Below are positions 60,101-64,000 of a stretch of 64,000 nucleotides of DNA, piece after piece (positions within the stretch are counted from its first letter, which is position 1; every line of letters begins with the position of its first letter). The position numbers and the translations under genes were made by a program. Source of the stretch: Malacoraja senta (lineage: Eukaryota); contig JAXLNO010000385.1 in NCBI GenBank assembly GCA_038087875.1, forward strand, positions 1,240,001 through 1,304,000, in the 5' to 3' direction. The notes beneath the pieces are model-generated. The model saw nothing but the letters and a program-made list of their open reading frames with translations. It made no database searches and was not told the DNA's origin.

Positions 60101-62097
60101 TCCCCCACACCCCCCCCCCCCCCACTCACTCATTTTGTCTCCTCATGCTGGCCAGCCACCATAACGGCTGCTGCCGCTCGGCTCTGCTCCAAAAACGACG
60201 CCATTTTTTTTCTTTAGCTGAAGGACGTTCGGGAACCAGACCCCGGGTCTGAAGAACGTTCAGGGTCCAGACCCAATGGTTCTGCTCTTGGTCTAGATAC
60301 AATTAAAACCGACCACCAACCTCTTATCAGTATTTTCAATAAACCTATTCATAACCCTCCAGCGCGTCCACAACGGATGTTACTACATCTTCAAAAATAT
60401 GACATCGTCCTGACCTACAAACGTGGAATAGATATGTACCTGGCGGACACTCTTTCACGTGCATCTCGGACGCCCTGCGAGGATCTGCCCTCGCAGGATG
60501 ATGACTTTATCGTGATGACTGTATCCTTCATCCCTTCATCTTGGATGGAGGATCTGGTTGCCCAGACTGCCAGCGACAAGACCCCTACGGTCGCTAACTT
60601 CTGTCATTAAGCACGGCTGGCCAGATAATACCCAGACGTGGCGCCGACAGACAAGAAGCCGAAGCAAAGAAGTCGAAGCCAAAGAACCGAATGGAAACGA
60701 GGCCGAAACGCCAATAAACCGAAAGAACCCGAAGACGAAACGCCTACTAAGTTAAAGGACGGGATGCCTAAGTGCAAACGAACCGAAAGGGCGGGACGCC
60801 TAGAAGCCAACGAACCGAAAAGCTGCGTCGCCTAAAAGCAAAGTTACCGAATGGCCGTTCTGTCAAAACGCCACCTACCCGAAAGGCAGCGTCGCCAACA
60901 AGCCTAAGGACCGACTGCCCCTCAACAGAAAAGTCCAATAACGAACATGACGTTGCCGGGGGCGATACTTGTCGGCGATTTGTCCAGACCCCCGCGTCCA
61001 TCACATCACTGTGAAGCCATGAACATTGTCCCAAACCTCCGCTCCACCCGACCCGCAGCCCACGGAGGGTGGCCGTGGGAGAATGGCGGCTGTTCCGAGA
61101 AATGCACACATTCGGCCGCTTTCAACTTGGTGCTTGGGTTTATATTGCCCAGTCACCTATGGCTTGTGTGGGAAAATGAACCCCCTTCTCTCTCCCGTCT
61201 TCCCTCTTTCCCTTCTCTCTCTCTCCCTTCTCTTTCCTCCCTTATCTCTCCTCCTCTCTCTCCCCTCTTCTCTCTCCTCCTCCACGCTGCCCGTAGCGGA
61301 GCAAACATTAACCTCACATGTGTTTCCGCTCAAAGGAGGTTCAATCCAGGTTGCAACAAAAGCGTGACGTTCAAAAGATATGGTTCGACAAGGCGAGTAA
61401 GCCACTGCCACCATTGACCAAAGGACAGGTGGTCCTCTTACAGACTGACAAAGGCCTTGTCCGTATTGGGGTGGTGTCTGGTCCCGCTTCGGAGACACGC
61501 TGGTACATTGTTAGAGCCGTTGGCGGCACCTACTGATGCGACATCTTCTGCCTGTGAACGATTTAATCCTTACTTATTATCCGGATCATACAAGTTCAGC
61601 GACTTTGAGTCCTGAAAAGCGCTATATAAATAAAATCTATTATTATTATTATTAGTATTTCAATCTGCATCTAGTGACCCCCGCATGCTCTTGCTAGCAC
61701 AACAATCCATGCCTGCGACAGTTCCTCTGTCTGTTCCATCTTCGCGTGCTTCGACTCCAGGGACGTTTCTCCACTCCCCCACGGCGGTGACATCGCCTGC
61801 TCTTTCCCCAGAGAAAAAGAATGGAGAAGGCCTCTATCGTACACGTCCCGGTCGTGTTTGCAGGCCGGTCGTGATGTATCCGGACTATGTTTCACTTTCC
61901 ACCAGTCTGTCATCGGTTGTGATATTTGTTTTGCTTAGTTATGGATATACATCGTTATTGGTTCTTTAAGAGGGGGATGTAGATTCGTGGCTCATGCTAT
62001 GTCTTGCATTTGTAGTTACGCCCACTAGCTTGTTAGCGTCGCGGTCTGCTGCATTCCGTTAGTCTTAAATTGAACTCCTAAGTGAGAAGTTGTAGTG

Positions 62098-62100
<3 letters not shown>
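57175..62100 (+). mobile_element. Mirror copy of the Gypsy relic (5' LTR 57175-57366, PBS TGGTGTCAGAGTG 57367-57379, PPT ~61968-61977, 3' LTR from 61978)
   Basis: TG..CA LTR, PBS, gag MASALRKP.., RT, RNase H. Contains an L2-like tail at about 61595-61655. Confidence 0.9.
59895..60296 (+). mobile_element. Mirror copy of the non-autonomous Helitron
   Basis: TC...hairpin...CTAG. Confidence 0.85.
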
Positions 62101-62173
<73 letters not shown>

Positions 62174-62194
62174 TCTCTCTCTCTCGCACTCGTA

Positions 62195-64000
62195 CTCATA
62201 TTCATTCATTAATTAATTCATTCAACTCGAACTCTATCGCGAACTCGATCTCGAACTCGAACTGTAACTCGAACTCGAACTCTATCTCGAACTCGAGTTC
62301 GAGTTGGACTTGCGGGCGGAGCACCAAGGCAAATTCCTTGTATGTGAATACTTGACCAATAAACGTATTCATTCATTTATTCATTCATTCAACTCTCTGT
62401 CGAACACGAACTCTATCTCGAACACCATCTCGACCTCGAACTCTATTTCGAACTCGAGTTTAAGTTCGACTTGCGGGCGGAGCAACAAGGCAACTTCCCT
62501 GTATGTGAGTACTAGGCCAATAAACGTGTTCATTCATTCATTCATTCATTCATTCATTCATTCATTCATTCATTTCGAACTCGAGCTCGAACTTGATCTC
62601 GAACTCGAGAAAAACTGTTTATGGAAAGACAGGGTGGGTATAATTTGAGAGGGGAAAATATTTTTTTAAAAACTCAATGTCAGAACAACTCTTAAAATTA
62701 TGTGCATAGCAATCTGTGGGGTGAATTTGTGGAATGGTCTGGAACAGGAGATAAAGCTTAGCACAAACATAATTCAGTTTAAAAAGATGTACAAAAACAC
62801 TTTTTTAAAGGATATTGGGATGAGGATAGGTGATTGTGAGTGGGATATTTGTTATACTGATGGTATCAGGAAGGGTGATTATAGGGTGATGGGTTGTATA
62901 TATGACTAAGGGATACTGTATAGTACATGAGGGTTATGGGCTGTATATATGACTAAGAGATACTGTATAGTATATGAGGGGTTTTTCTTTTCTTTTTCTT
63001 TTTTTCTCTCTTTTTTTGTATGGCTTTGTAAATATTTGATTAGTGTATAAATGTACATAATTTGGTGTACATATAGCTGCTGGTGTACATATGGTGTACA
63101 TATAGCTGCTAAATGTGTATACGATAATTATAAGCAGTTGAATAAGGAGGTGGGAAATAATAAGCTTTGGCTTCTTCCTGCTCCTCTTCGGACACATACG
63201 ATTTCATTTATTTATAGATATTGTTTATGACACTTTATAAATATTCTTGGTTTTTTTTTGTATGCTGTTTCACACTTGCTTTTTATTCTTTTATTCTGTT
63301 CGAAATAATGAATAAAATAAAATATAAATAAAATATACTCAAACTCGAACTCGAACTATCTCGAACTCGAACTCTCTCTCGAACTTTCTCTCGAACTCGA
63401 ACTCTCTCTCGAATTTTCTCTCGAACTCGAACTCGATCTCGAACTCGATCTCAAACTCTATCTCGAACTCGAATACGATCTCGAACTCGTTGGAGTTCGA
63501 TTTGCTGGCGGACCACCGAGGCAAATTCCTTGTTTGTGAATAATTGGCCAATAAATGTATTCATTCATTCATTCATTCATTCATTCATTCAACTCGAACT
63601 CTATCTCGATCTCGAACTCTATCGCGAACTCGATCTCGAACTCGAACTGTTTATTGAACTCGAACTCTACCTCAAACTCGAACTATCTCGAACTCCAACT
63701 CTAACTCCAATTTTATCTCGAACTCGAACTCGAACTATCACAAACTCTATCTCTAACGAACGTACTCGAATTCGAATGAACTCGAACACGGATTAGAACT
63801 CGAACTCGAACTCGTACTCTATTTCGAACTCGAGTTGGAGTTCGACTTGCTGGCGGACCACCGAGGCAAATTCCTTGTATGTGAATACTTGGCCAATAAA
63901 TGTATTTATTTATTCATTCATTCATTCATTATTTCATTCATTCATTCATTCATTCATTCATTCATTCATTCATTCGTTCGTTCACTCAACTCGAACTCGA
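62195..64000 (+). repeat. Inverted portion of the composite satellite (four cores, near 62308, 62470, 63500 and 63845), interrupted by the L2-group fragment 62608-63337
   Basis: (GAACTC)n, core GCGGAGCACCAAGGCAAATTCCTTGTATGTGAATACTTGGCCAATAAA, (ATTC)n. Confidence 0.93.

Larger units (their letters stand above)
51851..64000 (+). repeat. Right arm of the second inverted duplication; runs off the window
   Basis: Mirror of 41593-51550 plus an extra block at about 53342-55283. Confidence 0.95.

Noticed and set aside
1..64000. Host protein-coding exons, tRNA/rRNA genes
   Set aside because: Every recognisable ORF is transposon- or virus-derived. No cloverleaf or rRNA sequence was recognised, and the only tRNA-related sequence is the Gypsy PBS.

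Overview
Gene-free, repeat-saturated vertebrate DNA. The CR1, Rex/Babar, L1 and Tx1 repertoire suggests a cartilaginous fish (inference only). No host gene, RNA gene or CRISPR array is supported. Layout: (i) 1-13.8 kb is an inverted duplication of nested LINE fragments (arms 1-5925 and 10543-13831). The arms flank a spacer in which a near-intact CR1 interrupts an ERV-L-like (class III) pol relic. (ii) 13.9-43.5 kb is an unusual satellite. Its monomer is a ~55-bp LINE-3'-end-like core with AATAAA and an (ATTC)n tail, embedded in CpG-rich, phase-locked GAGTTC-type hexamers. It has about 38 cores counted by eye, three ~4.9-kb higher-order tandem units, and a full-length L1 with two intact ORFs. 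The four LINE-derived insertions made directly into the hexamers share one orientation with the cores. (iii) 41.6-64 kb is a second inverted duplication (Gypsy relic, Helitron, putative solo LTR, GA/CT tracts, satellite) centred on a 200-N assembly gap. The LINE-tail/hexamer array is the best candidate for something undescribed. Family names come from motif recognition, not database searches.
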